From assembly GCA_903884535.1 (NCBI GenBank), contig CAISEZ010000050.1:16600-80599 (forward strand): DNA of 64,000 nt. Reading direction: 5' to 3'. Under the pieces are notes generated by a model. That model did no database searches, was not told where the DNA came from, and was given only the letters and a program-made list of their open reading frames with translations. This document shows, piece after piece, positions 51,492 through 59,870 of this stretch (position 1 is the first letter of the stretch; the number at the start of each line of letters is the position of its first letter). The translations under genes and the position numbers were made by a program. This stretch comes from an uncultured Verrucomicrobia subdivision 3 bacterium. GTDB lineage: Bacteria > Verrucomicrobiota > Verrucomicrobiia > Limisphaerales > UBA11358.

Positions 51492-52586
51492 TTACCGCAC
51501 CACGCGCGCGCCGCCGCCGCCGAAGGTTTTTTCCACTTCCTTACGGGTGGCCATGCTCGTGTCGCCGGGCGTAGTCGAGGCCAACGCGCCGTGCGCTGCG
51601 CCATATTCCACTGCCTTCTGCGCGTCGTTGAATTCGAGGAAACCGAATTGCAATCCGCTTGCGAAACTATCGCCGCCGCCGACGCGATCGAGAATTTCGA
51701 GGCCCGGATACTGGCGGCTTTCGTGGAACTTGCCGTCGTGCCAGAGAATCGCACTCCAGTCATTCTTCGTCGCGGTGATGACGTGACGCAGCGTGGTCGC
51801 GGCGACTTTGAAATTCGGGAATTCTTTCACGGCGGTTTCAATCATCGCCTTGAATGCATCGGTTTCAATGTGCTTGAGATCTTCCGCGCCTTTGACGGCG
51901 AAACCGAGCGACGCGGTGAAGTCTTCTTCGTTGCCGATCATCACGTCCACATACTTCGCGATCTCGCGATTCACTTCCTGCGCCTTCTTGAGGCCGCCGA
52001 TGGTTTTCCAGAGCGACGGACGATAATTTAAATCATAGCTCACCACGACGCCGTGCTTCTTCGCGGCTTTCACCGCCTCGATGGTCAATTCCGCCGTGGT
52101 CGCGGAGAGCGCGGCAAAAATACCGCCCGTGTGCAACCAGCGCGTGCCAACTTTGCCGAAGATGTGATCCCAGTCGAAATCACCGGGCTTGAGTTGCGAC
52201 GCTGCGGAATTACCGCGATCCGGCACGCCCACCGCACCGCGAATACCGAAGCCGCGTTCGGTAAAATTCAAACCGTTGCGCACACTGCGGCCGATGCCAT
52301 CATCTTCGCGCCACTTGATGAAGTCCGTGGCCACGCCGCCTTGCATGATGAAGTCTTCGATGAGATGACCGACTTCATTGTCCACGAACGCGGTGCAAAC
52401 GGCGGTCTTGTAACCGAAACATTTGCGCAGGCCGCGCGAGGTGTTGTATTCGCCGCCGCCTTCCCACGCCTTGAATTCGCGCGCAGTGCGGACGCGTCCT
52501 TCGCCGGGGTCCAGGCGCAGCATGACTTCGCCGAGGGAGATTTGATCAAAGGTGACAGACTTTTTATCGCGTAATTGAATAGCCAT
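51492..52586 (-). CDS. PfkB-family sugar kinase (2-dehydro-3-deoxygluconokinase-like)
   Basis: PfkB C-terminal motif DRVGGGDSFASG, N-terminal GEVMLRL block; 364 aa. Confidence 0.7.
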   Translation of the reverse strand: MAIQLRDKKSVTFDQISLGEVMLRLDPGEGRVRTAREFKAWEGGGEYNTSRGLRKCFGYKTAVCTAFVDNEVGHLIEDFIMQGGVATDFIKWREDDGIGRSVRNGLNFTERGFGIRGAVGVPDRGNSAASQLKPGDFDWDHIFGKVGTRWLHTGGIFAALSATTAELTIEAVKAAKKHGVVVSYDLNYRPSLWKTIGGLKKAQEVNREIAKYVDVMIGNEEDFTASLGFAVKGAEDLKHIETDAFKAMIETAVKEFPNFKVAATTLRHVITATKNDWSAILWHDGKFHESRQYPGLEILDRVGGGDSFASGLQFGFLEFNDAQKAVEYGAAHGALASTTPGDTSMATRKEVEKTFGGGGARVVR

Positions 52587-52609
52587 AAATTTTAAGTGGT
52601 TAAAACAGT

Positions 52610-53707
52610 TTAGACTTGAACGGATTTGAAATCAGCCAGATTCCACGCCGCTTCGCCGACTTCGTGTGCGAGATGATTCAGTTCCTCAATCTCCGCTTTC
52701 GTGAAGAGCAAGCCGTTGTGCTGTTTCGACAACGCGCCCCAGCGCGCTTCCGGCTGGCCGGGCAACATGCACTTTTCGTTGCCGTGACCGAGCACGTCCT
52801 CGATGATCGCCTTCACGTTCTGGATTTGCGAACGGCCTTTAACATAGTCGTTGCCCTTCATCGCGTCGGGATGGATGACTTGGAAATAAAATGTCGAGCC
52901 GCGCTTCTCACCTTCACCGCCGAGCTTTGTTCCGCGAATTTGCGGGAGCGAGCCGCCGATGTAACCCGCGTAAAGTTCGTCAATCAAACCGAGGCCGTAG
53001 CCCTTGTGCGCGCCGAACGGCAGCAACGCCACGGCTTTGTTCGGATCGGTCGTCGGATTGCCCTCGGCATCCACGGCGCAACCGGGCGCGAGCTGTTTGC
53101 CCTCGCGCTTCATCACTTGCACGCGACCCATCGCGATGGTCGAGGTCGCCCAGTCGATCACGATGGGAAAACCGATCGCATCCTGCGTCGGGAACGCCCA
53201 CGAATGCGGGTTCGTGCCCATCGTCGGCGTCTTGCCGCCGAACGGCACGACTTCGGACGTGGCCGAGGTGCAATTCGTGTAGGCAAAATAACCTTTGAGC
53301 GCGGCATCCATCACGTAGCCGCCGCCCCAGAGATAATGCGTGGCGTTGTCCACGCTGACCATGCCCACGCCGTATTTGTCGGCGAGCTTCATGCAAGTGT
53401 CCATCGCTTCATACGCGACGGCCTGACCGAGTTTGTTGTGGCCGTTCCAGATTTCCGCAGCGGCAAAACGCGACGGCAGCTTCTCGATCTTCGCGCCGGG
53501 CGTCCAGCGACCGACTTTGCTGCCGAACAATTCGTCGAGGTGCAGCGCCTTGATGGCGTTGTGCGTGCGGATGCCGTAATACGCGGCGCTGGCGCAAAAC
53601 CGCGCACCGGCGGCTGCTTCTGCGGCATCGTAACCGCGCTTCAAATACGCTTTTGTGACGAGTGAATCGTGTTTGGCTTTGGGAATGATGTAGTAGGTTT
53701 CGGGCAT
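52610..53707 (-). CDS. Ldh2-family (malate/L-lactate dehydrogenase type 2) oxidoreductase
   Basis: Family blocks GIRTHN, GTNPHSWAFP and FGAHKGYGL; 365 aa. Confidence 0.75.
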   Translation of the reverse strand: MPETYYIIPKAKHDSLVTKAYLKRGYDAAEAAAGARFCASAAYYGIRTHNAIKALHLDELFGSKVGRWTPGAKIEKLPSRFAAAEIWNGHNKLGQAVAYEAMDTCMKLADKYGVGMVSVDNATHYLWGGGYVMDAALKGYFAYTNCTSATSEVVPFGGKTPTMGTNPHSWAFPTQDAIGFPIVIDWATSTIAMGRVQVMKREGKQLAPGCAVDAEGNPTTDPNKAVALLPFGAHKGYGLGLIDELYAGYIGGSLPQIRGTKLGGEGEKRGSTFYFQVIHPDAMKGNDYVKGRSQIQNVKAIIEDVLGHGNEKCMLPGQPEARWGALSKQHNGLLFTKAEIEELNHLAHEVGEAAWNLADFKSVQV

Positions 53708-53727
53708 AAAAGTTTTTGGAAATGAAA

Positions 53728-54303
53728 TTAATCTATTGGCGGGAATACCGGTTCTGACTTCGGCTCTTTGCTGCGTCGCTCCTCATACTTTGCATGCAGT
53801 TTCGGAAAAACGGTTGAAAGTTTTGCCGCATCGTAAAGCTCAAATTCTTTGTTCGCGAGTTTGAGTTGTGGAAAGCGACACTTGCTGTAGTCCAATGGCA
53901 TCTCATCCAGCCCAGTTTTCTCCGTGAAGATTTTCACCGCAACAGATGCCAGATGGAACAACACTGGGCTCTTGTAATCACCGCTTGTCAAATCAAGATC
54001 AGCAAGGGTGTCAGGATTTTCCAAGGCCTGTTCGTAGGCCGATTTTCCCTGGGCAATCAACCAGTGTCGAAAATCCATAAACGTATCATCACTGCAAAAG
54101 TCCATCGTGAGCGAGGCTGCAGCCCACAAACGGGCGTCGTAGGCATGGGCAAAAAGCTCCATGCCTTGTTTTTCAAATTCCAGAAGATCGGCCACAGGTT
54201 TGCCTTTTAGGATATCTGTTAACGAAGCAGGGATGTCCGTCACCTTCGCAGATCGGTGTCTGGCCTCATCAATTATCTTCCAAAATTCAGTGCAATCTAT
54301 CAT
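53728..54303 (-). CDS. DUF4240-like protein
   Basis: The MIDCTEFWKIIDEAR N-terminus and overall pattern recalled as DUF4240. AT-richer than the flanks. Confidence 0.55.
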   Translation of the reverse strand: MIDCTEFWKIIDEARHRSAKVTDIPASLTDILKGKPVADLLEFEKQGMELFAHAYDARLWAAASLTMDFCSDDTFMDFRHWLIAQGKSAYEQALENPDTLADLDLTSGDYKSPVLFHLASVAVKIFTEKTGLDEMPLDYSKCRFPQLKLANKEFELYDAAKLSTVFPKLHAKYEERRSKEPKSEPVFPPID

Positions 54304-54323
54304 GTCAATGGCCTGTCGTTTGA

Positions 54324-54367
54324 ATCAAACCACTTTCTTCACCGGCACCTCGGGATTCACCTGCGCG
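54324..54367. repeat. 44-bp direct repeat, copy A (relic of the dehydrogenase 3' end including a stop codon)
   Basis: atcaaaccactttcttcaccggcacctcgggattcacctgcgcg versus copy B: 41/44 identical. On the minus strand it encodes AQVNPEVPVKKVV*. Confidence 0.9.
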
Positions 54368-54368
54368 T

Positions 54369-54599
54369 TCATGCCAGTTCCGCGATGTTTTCGTCCTCGT
54401 ATTTTTCGATGAGCACGCCGAGAACTTCCATCAGCGAGGCGAGCGGATGGTTTTCATTTTCGCCGACTTCATCCACAAGGCGGTCGAGCAGTTTCACGAG
54501 CTGGCGGTATTCGCGGTCGTTGTGCGGCACGCGCAAGGTCGGCTCGACTTGCGGCCAGACTTCAAACGCTTTTTCAATTTGTGCGGTGGACATAATCAT
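54369..54599 (-). CDS. higA: HigA-like antitoxin, N-terminal (toxin-binding) domain only; HTH domain missing
   Basis: ATG 54599 overlaps the higB stop as ATGA. The 76-aa product (MIMSTAQIEKAF...LIEKYEDENIAELA) parallels the first half of E. coli HigA as I recall it, but stops before any helix-turn-helix. The stop lies 1 nt from direct-repeat copy A. Confidence 0.6.
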   Translation of the reverse strand: MIMSTAQIEKAFEVWPQVEPTLRVPHNDREYRQLVKLLDRLVDEVGENENHPLASLMEVLGVLIEKYEDENIAELA

Positions 54600-54886
54600 C
54601 TCGCTTTCCATTTGCCGAGGTTATACTCGGCGTGCGTCAGCACGGCCCGAATATACACCTTGCGGCGATTATAGTGAATGGCGGCAATCAGGCGAGCCTT
54701 GTTGCCGCCGATGTTGAACACCGTCAGCCCGCCGACCTGATCGGCGTGCGAAAATATTTTCCGCAGTTCCGCAAAGTTGGCAGGATTGTTCCGCTTCAAC
54801 GCGCGATACCAATGCGCCAGCCCGGTCGTTGCCGTCGGGTGTTTTTCGGCAAATTCATTTAATCGCTTGCGCGTAATGATGTGCAT
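54596..54886 (-). CDS. higB: Type II toxin HigB (RelE-fold mRNA interferase)
   Basis: MHIITRKRLNEFAEKHP...VFNIGGNKARLIAAIHYNRRKVYIRAVLTHAEY closely follows the E. coli HigB/YgjN pattern (MHLITQKAL..AEKYP...VFNVGGN..R....YIR.V.TH.EY). Confidence 0.85.
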   Translation of the reverse strand: MHIITRKRLNEFAEKHPTATTGLAHWYRALKRNNPANFAELRKIFSHADQVGGLTVFNIGGNKARLIAAIHYNRRKVYIRAVLTHAEYNLGKWKAR

Positions 54887-54903
54887 GGAGCAAGACCCTT
54901 GGC

Positions 54904-54947
54904 ATCAAACCGCTTTCTTCACTGGCACTTCGGGATTCACCTGCGCG
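54904..54947. repeat. 44-bp direct repeat, copy B (functional 3' end of the dehydrogenase gene)
   Basis: atcaaaccgctttcttcactggcacttcgggattcacctgcgcg; encodes IAQVNPEVPVKKAV*. Confidence 0.9.
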
Positions 54948-55894
54948 ATGGGTTTTTCGCCGTTCATCGCAAGAATGAGATTTTTCACGGCGCAGGTCGC
55001 CTGCCGCACCACGCTCTCGTAAGTGCGCGACGCGACGTGCGGCGTGCAGACGACGTTCGGCAGCTTGAGCAGCGGATGATCCGCCGGCGGCGGCTCGTGA
55101 TCCAAAACGTCCGTGCCGTAGCCGCCGACCTGACCGGATTTCAGCGCGGCGACCATGTCGTTCGTGTTCACGACTTCGCCACGCGCGCAGTTCAAAATCA
55201 AAACGCCCTTCTTCATCTTCGCAAACGACTTCGCGGAAATCATGTCGCGCGTCTCCGGCGTGAGGTTGGTGTGCAGCGAGATGTAATCGCTCGCGGCATA
55301 GATCTCGTCGAGCGTCGCGGCGCGCTTCACGTTGTGGTCGGTCGCAAATTTTTCGTCCCAATAAACGTCGAAGCCGATCACATTCATGCCAAATGCCCGC
55401 GAACGAATCGCCACTTCCTTGCCGATGCGGCCGAGGCCGATGATGCCGATGGTCTTGTCCAGCAGTTCGTGGCCGGTCTTGCGCTTCCAGTTCGTCTTGG
55501 CGTCGCCGCTGCGGGTGGAGTCGGTGTGGAATAGAAAATTTTTCTCCAGCGCGAGCAGCAGCATGAAGTTGTGCTCGGCCACGGTCGTGTGATTCACACC
55601 GGGCGTGAAGAGCAGCGGGATGCCAAATTCGGTGCAGGATTTCACGTCAATCTTGTCCACGCCGATGCCGTATTTGCTCAAGACCTTCAGCTTCGGGCGC
55701 GCCTTTTCCAAAACCTTGCGCGTGATGGCGTCGTCGCCGCAGATGTAGCCGTCCACGTCGCCGACGAGCGCGAGCGTGTCCGCCTCGTTCAGCGGGCCGC
55801 GCGCGGTGATGATTTCCCAACCGGTCTGTTTGAGCAAATCATGGTGCGCGCCGGGCGTGTCCTGAAACGAAGTGGTGGTGAGCAAGATTTTCAT
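54905..55894 (-). CDS. D-isomer-specific 2-hydroxyacid dehydrogenase
   Basis: GIIGLGRIGKEVA NAD motif and the TPHVASRT catalytic His block; 329 aa. Confidence 0.85.
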   Translation of the reverse strand: MKILLTTTSFQDTPGAHHDLLKQTGWEIITARGPLNEADTLALVGDVDGYICGDDAITRKVLEKARPKLKVLSKYGIGVDKIDVKSCTEFGIPLLFTPGVNHTTVAEHNFMLLLALEKNFLFHTDSTRSGDAKTNWKRKTGHELLDKTIGIIGLGRIGKEVAIRSRAFGMNVIGFDVYWDEKFATDHNVKRAATLDEIYAASDYISLHTNLTPETRDMISAKSFAKMKKGVLILNCARGEVVNTNDMVAALKSGQVGGYGTDVLDHEPPPADHPLLKLPNVVCTPHVASRTYESVVRQATCAVKNLILAMNGEKPIAQVNPEVPVKKAV

Positions 55895-55926
55895 CCGAGC
55901 AGATTAGAAAATCGGGGGCGACGCGT

Positions 55927-55960
55927 CAAAAAAATAACCCCCGAACGTTTGTTCGGGGGC
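55927..55960 (-). terminator. Rho-independent terminator candidate
   Basis: The minus strand reads cccccgaac-aaac-gttcggggg followed by ttattttttt, downstream of the 111-aa gene. Confidence 0.7.
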
Positions 55961-55987
55961 TGCATTTCGCTTTGAAAAATTGGCACG

Positions 55988-56323
55988 TCAGCCGACGCCC
56001 AGTTCCGAGCGCGCCAGCACACTGAGCCGCTCCTGCGCCGACCGCGTCATGTCGGTGAACAGCATTGAGACGTGGTAGCCCGCATGTTTGTTGCCCACGC
56101 AGGCAACAACGACGCCATTGCAGGCCACTTTGCTGCCATCCAGCGGCGATTGCAGCGCGACGGTCATCTCGCTCCATTCCGTGAACGGCGTGGGGCTGCG
56201 AAATTCAATGCCGCTCTTGTGGACGGAAACGCTTTCGGTGGAAAGTTCCAGCTTGGTGTTGCGCGCCGAGACACTAACCGGCTGCCCCAAGGAATCTGCA
56301 CTGCCCAATTTTTTTGCGCTCAT
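55988..56323 (-). CDS. Hypothetical 111-aa protein (weak PilZ-like resemblance)
   Basis: The ORF has coding-like composition. VHKSGIEF loosely resembles the PilZ DxSxxG block, but no RxxxR is present. Confidence 0.5.
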   Translation of the reverse strand: MSAKKLGSADSLGQPVSVSARNTKLELSTESVSVHKSGIEFRSPTPFTEWSEMTVALQSPLDGSKVACNGVVVACVGNKHAGYHVSMLFTDMTRSAQERLSVLARSELGVG

Positions 56324-56398
56324 AAATTTATCAAGTTGAACAAAACTAGCACGTTGACCGAATACGTCAAATTAGCGGATAAAATACAATTAATTAGC

Positions 56399-57412
56399 TT
56401 ACCACTCAATCACCGCCGCACCCCAAGTCAGGCCGGCCCCAAACACGACAAGCAAAATCAGGTCGCCGTGCGCCACTTTCCCAGCCGCCACCGCTTCATC
56501 CAGCGCGATGGCCACGGACGCGGCTGAGGTGTTGCCGTATTTGTGCAAATTAATGAACAATTGTTCCGGCGTGGCTTTCAGCCGGTCGCCGACGGCGTCC
56601 ACAATCCGCTGGTTGGCCTGATGCGGAATCACGCATTTGATTTTGGTGATGTCAATTTCGCAGCGGCGCATCGCTTCGTTGGCGGCGGAAACCATCGCGT
56701 TCACCGCGTTCTTGAACGTTTCCTTGCCGTCCATGCGGAGGAAATGCAGGCCATCCGCAACCGAAGTTAGCGTGGCCGGACAGGCGCTGCCGCCGCCGGG
56801 CATCGAAAGCAAATCAGCTTTGTTGCCGTCCGCGCCCATGACGGCGGTGAGCAAGCCGTGGGAATTTTTGCGATGCTGCAAAATGGCCGCGCCCGCACCG
56901 TCGCCGAAGAGGACGCAGGTGTTGCGGTCCTTCCAGTTCACGATGGACGACAATTTTTCCGCGCCGACGACCAGCACGGTTTCGTAAGTGCGCGATAAAA
57001 TAAATTGCTGGCCGATTTCCAACGCGTAAATGAAACCGGAACACGCTGCCTCAATATCGAATGCCGCCGCCCGCGCCGCGCCGAGTTTGCGCTGCACCAA
57101 GCACGCAGTCGAAGGAAACGGCATGTCGGGCGTCAGCGTTGCGACGATGATCAAATCAATCTGGTCGGCGGTGATGCCCGCCATTTTCATCGCGCGCTCG
57201 GCGGCCTTGGCGGCGAGGTCGGAGGTGAATTCATTCGCCGCCGCAATGCGGCGCTCTTTGATGCCGGTGCGCGTGGTGATCCATTCGTCCGAAGTCTCGA
57301 CCATTTTTTCCAGCTCGGCGTTGGTCAGGATTCTTTCTGGCACATACGAACCGACGCCGGTGATGGAACACGGACGGCCTTGGAAATTATGTTGGGCACG
57401 CGGATTTTTCAT
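56399..57412 (-). CDS. fabH: 3-oxoacyl-ACP synthase III
   Basis: AACSGF (active Cys), HQAN and GNTSAAS blocks. Confidence 0.95.
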   Translation of the reverse strand: MKNPRAQHNFQGRPCSITGVGSYVPERILTNAELEKMVETSDEWITTRTGIKERRIAAANEFTSDLAAKAAERAMKMAGITADQIDLIIVATLTPDMPFPSTACLVQRKLGAARAAAFDIEAACSGFIYALEIGQQFILSRTYETVLVVGAEKLSSIVNWKDRNTCVLFGDGAGAAILQHRKNSHGLLTAVMGADGNKADLLSMPGGGSACPATLTSVADGLHFLRMDGKETFKNAVNAMVSAANEAMRRCEIDITKIKCVIPHQANQRIVDAVGDRLKATPEQLFINLHKYGNTSAASVAIALDEAVAAGKVAHGDLILLVVFGAGLTWGAAVIEW

Positions 57413-58449
57413 GAATTGGCTGGAGCGGGGACATCGGCCACGTCGAGAATTTTATTCGCGGCCGCGATGTCGTTGGCGATCATCTGGTGGATGTGGTTTT
57501 TGACGGTTTCGGACGTGACGCGGATGGCGCTGGCCACGGCGCGTTCGCGAGCGGAGCCGTGGGCTTTCAACACCACGCTGTTAAAGCCGAGCAGCGGCGC
57601 GCCGCCGTAAACTTCCGGGTCCATCCGGCGGCGGATGGCGCGAAAGGCTTCTTTCGCCAAAAACGCGCCAATCTGCCGTTTGGCATTCTGCGTCAGCTCG
57701 CGTTTGAGCATCGAGAACATCGCCACGGCCAAACTTTCGGACGTTTTCAAAACGATGTTGCCGACAAAACCATCGCAGACGACCACATCCACATGGTCTT
57801 TGAAAAGATCGTGCCCTTCGATGTTGCCGATGAAATTCAGGTTGAGTTTTTGGCAGAGTTTGAAGGTTTCAAGCGTAAGATCGTTGCCTTTGGAATCCTC
57901 GGTGCCGATGCTCAAAATGCCGACGCGCGGGCTTTTCCGTTTCAGGATTTCGCGCGAATAGACATTGCCCATCACCGCGAATTGCGCGAGGTGCAGCGGC
58001 TTGCATTCGATGTTGGCACCGGCGTCGAGCAACACGAATTCATTGCCCTGCCGCGGAATCACGGCGGAGATGCACCCGCGGTCCACGCCGGGAATGCGGC
58101 CGATTTTGAACGTCGCGGCGGCAAATAATCCGCCGGTATTGCCGAGGGAAATCAGCGCGTCGGCCTCGCCATTGCTGACGAGTTCGGCGGCCCGGCCAAT
58201 GGAAGAATCCTTTTTCTTGCGGAGTGCGACGACCGGTTTGTCGTCCATTTCGATCACTTCACTGGCATGGATGACGCGGACCCGGTGGTCGCGAAACCCA
58301 CGCGGCGGCAACGCGGCATGGATTTTATCTTTGTCGCCGACGAGGAATATCGCGGAGAGATTTTTATTATCTTCCAGAGCGCGTTTGACGCCGGCGATGA
58401 CGACACCGCAGCCGTGGTCACCGCCCATGACATCCACTGCAATGCGCAT
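57409..58449 (-). CDS. plsX: Phosphate acyltransferase PlsX
   Basis: MRIAVDVMGGDHG N-terminus; 4-nt overlap with fabH. Confidence 0.95.
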   Translation of the reverse strand: MRIAVDVMGGDHGCGVVIAGVKRALEDNKNLSAIFLVGDKDKIHAALPPRGFRDHRVRVIHASEVIEMDDKPVVALRKKKDSSIGRAAELVSNGEADALISLGNTGGLFAAATFKIGRIPGVDRGCISAVIPRQGNEFVLLDAGANIECKPLHLAQFAVMGNVYSREILKRKSPRVGILSIGTEDSKGNDLTLETFKLCQKLNLNFIGNIEGHDLFKDHVDVVVCDGFVGNIVLKTSESLAVAMFSMLKRELTQNAKRQIGAFLAKEAFRAIRRRMDPEVYGGAPLLGFNSVVLKAHGSARERAVASAIRVTSETVKNHIHQMIANDIAAANKILDVADVPAPANS

Positions 58450-58456
58450 GACTGAT

Positions 58457-58544
58457 AGTTTTTAGTTTTTAATTTTTAGTTTTAAGTTGAAACGCCGGTG
58501 GTCGGTCGGTTTAACTCAAAATTCAAAACTCAAAATTAAAAACT
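58457..58544. repeat. Intercistronic hairpin with heptamer-periodic AT-rich arms (rpmF-plsX gap)
   Basis: Left arm agttttt agttttt aattttt agtttta agttgaa, GC-rich centre cgccggtggtcggtcgg, right arm gtttaac tcaaaat tcaaaac tcaaaat taaaaac. Spans almost exactly from the rpmF stop to the plsX start. Confidence 0.85.
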
Positions 58545-58546
58545 GA

Positions 58547-58735
58547 TCAAGCGCCCGCCGTGACGGTCAGCACCTGGCGGCCCTTGTAGAAGCCGCAGGC
58601 CGGACAGACGCGGTGCGGAATCGCCGGGGCGTCGCACTGCGAGCACTTGCCGAGTTGCGGCAGTTTGAGAACGCTGTTGTAAGCGCGGCGCATGTGCTGC
58701 CGGCTCGTCGAAGGTTTACGTTTTGGGACGCCCAT
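58547..58735 (-). CDS. rpmF: 50S ribosomal protein L32
   Basis: MGVPKRKPSTSRQHMRRA plus a CxxC...CxxC zinc ribbon. Confidence 0.95.
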   Translation of the reverse strand: MGVPKRKPSTSRQHMRRAYNSVLKLPQLGKCSQCDAPAIPHRVCPACGFYKGRQVLTVTAGA

Positions 58736-58743
58736 AAATCAAA

Positions 58744-59223
58744 TTATAATTTCAGTTTGTTCAATTCAGCCCACGCGGAAGGCTTGGTTTCGTTGTTTCC
58801 GCCGTTTTTGGCCGGCTGAACCGCTTTCGTTTTCTTTATTCCGCCGCAATCGGGTTTGCACAACGGGTGTTGCGGAAATTCAAGTAGCATATCTTCCCGC
58901 ACGAACGGAGTCAAGTCCAGGCAATCGTTCTTTATGGACACCGCGTCCTCGCCGGTTAGCGGCAGGTGCAGCGTCCAATCGGGCAAATCGAGTTCCTGCT
59001 CGAAAGGTTTGAGGCAGCGCACGCATTCACAATGCAACATCAGGCGCAGCGAACCCGTCACCAGGATGGCGTCTTCCAGCCGTTGGACCGTTAAATCGTA
59101 TTCCAGCGGCGCTTCGACCCGCAGCAGATCATCCTTCAATTCCAAGTCCAGTTCGGCGACTGGCAGCTTGCCGGCAACACTGAGTTCGTCGTTTTCCAAG
59201 TGGCGAAGGTTGATCTTGAGCAT
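58744..59223 (-). CDS. yceD: YceD/DUF177 family protein
   Basis: Conserved position upstream of rpmF; CECVRCLKPF and HPLCKPDC blocks. Confidence 0.85.
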   Translation of the reverse strand: MLKINLRHLENDELSVAGKLPVAELDLELKDDLLRVEAPLEYDLTVQRLEDAILVTGSLRLMLHCECVRCLKPFEQELDLPDWTLHLPLTGEDAVSIKNDCLDLTPFVREDMLLEFPQHPLCKPDCGGIKKTKAVQPAKNGGNNETKPSAWAELNKLKL

Positions 59224-59306
59224 AAATTTTGAATTTTTAATTTTCAGTGAAGCCGACGCACCGGGTCAACCTTCAACTCAAAACTAAAAATTAAGAATTA
59301 AAAACT
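59224..59306. repeat. Intercistronic hairpin with heptamer-periodic AT-rich arms (coaD-yceD gap)
   Basis: aaattttgaatttttaattttcagtgaag / GC-rich centre / cttcaac tcaaaac taaaaat taagaat taaaaac. Runs from the coaD stop to the yceD start. Confidence 0.8.
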
Positions 59307-59793
59307 ATTTCTTCGGTTTCAACTTTTTCAACAACGCCGTCCGGATTTGCGGCGGGACAAACGGGCTGACGTCGCCGCCCAGCCGGGCGATTTCCTTCAC
59401 GATGCGCGAACTCAAAAACGTGTAGGTATCCTTGGGCGTCATGAAAATCGTCTCGATGTTCTCGTCCAGCTTACGGTTCATCAGCGCGAGCTGGAACTCA
59501 AATTCGAAATCGGATACGGCCCGCAGCCCGCGGACGATCACCTGCGCTTTTTTACCGGCGACATATTCCACGAGCAGCCCGTCAAACGTGTCCGCGGTGA
59601 CGTTCGGCAAATGCTTCACCGCCTGCGCCACCAGCGCGCGCCGTTCTGCCAGCGCGAACAGCGGCTGTTTGCCCTCGTTTTGGGCGACCGCCACGATGAC
59701 GCGGTCGAACAATTTCGCGGCGCGCTGCACCACGTCCAAGTGGCCATTGGTGAGCGGATCGAAACTGCCGGGATAAATCGCGGTGCGCAGCAT
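59305..59793 (-). CDS. coaD: Phosphopantetheine adenylyltransferase
   Basis: AIYPGSFDPLTNGHLDV (HxGH) and the overall CoaD pattern; 162 aa. Confidence 0.95.
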   Translation of the reverse strand: MLRTAIYPGSFDPLTNGHLDVVQRAAKLFDRVIVAVAQNEGKQPLFALAERRALVAQAVKHLPNVTADTFDGLLVEYVAGKKAQVIVRGLRAVSDFEFEFQLALMNRKLDENIETIFMTPKDTYTFLSSRIVKEIARLGGDVSPFVPPQIRTALLKKLKPKK

Positions 59794-59795
59794 AA

Positions 59796-59870
59796 AGTTA
59801 TAGTTTTAAGTTGAAGCCACTGCGGTTTCAACTGCCTTAACTTAAAACTAAAAATTTAAAATTAAAAACT
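59796..59870. repeat. Intercistronic hairpin with heptamer-periodic AT-rich arms (cyclase-coaD gap)
   Basis: agttatagttttaagttgaagc / ccactgcggtttcaact / gccttaa cttaaaa ctaaaaa tttaaaa ttaaaaa ct. Shares the terminal tagtttttaat context with the other two copies. Confidence 0.8.

Noticed and set aside
55988-56323. Firm PilZ (c-di-GMP receptor) annotation for the 111-aa protein.
   Set aside because: Only a loose xxSxxG resemblance is present and the RxxxR motif is missing. It is kept as hypothetical.
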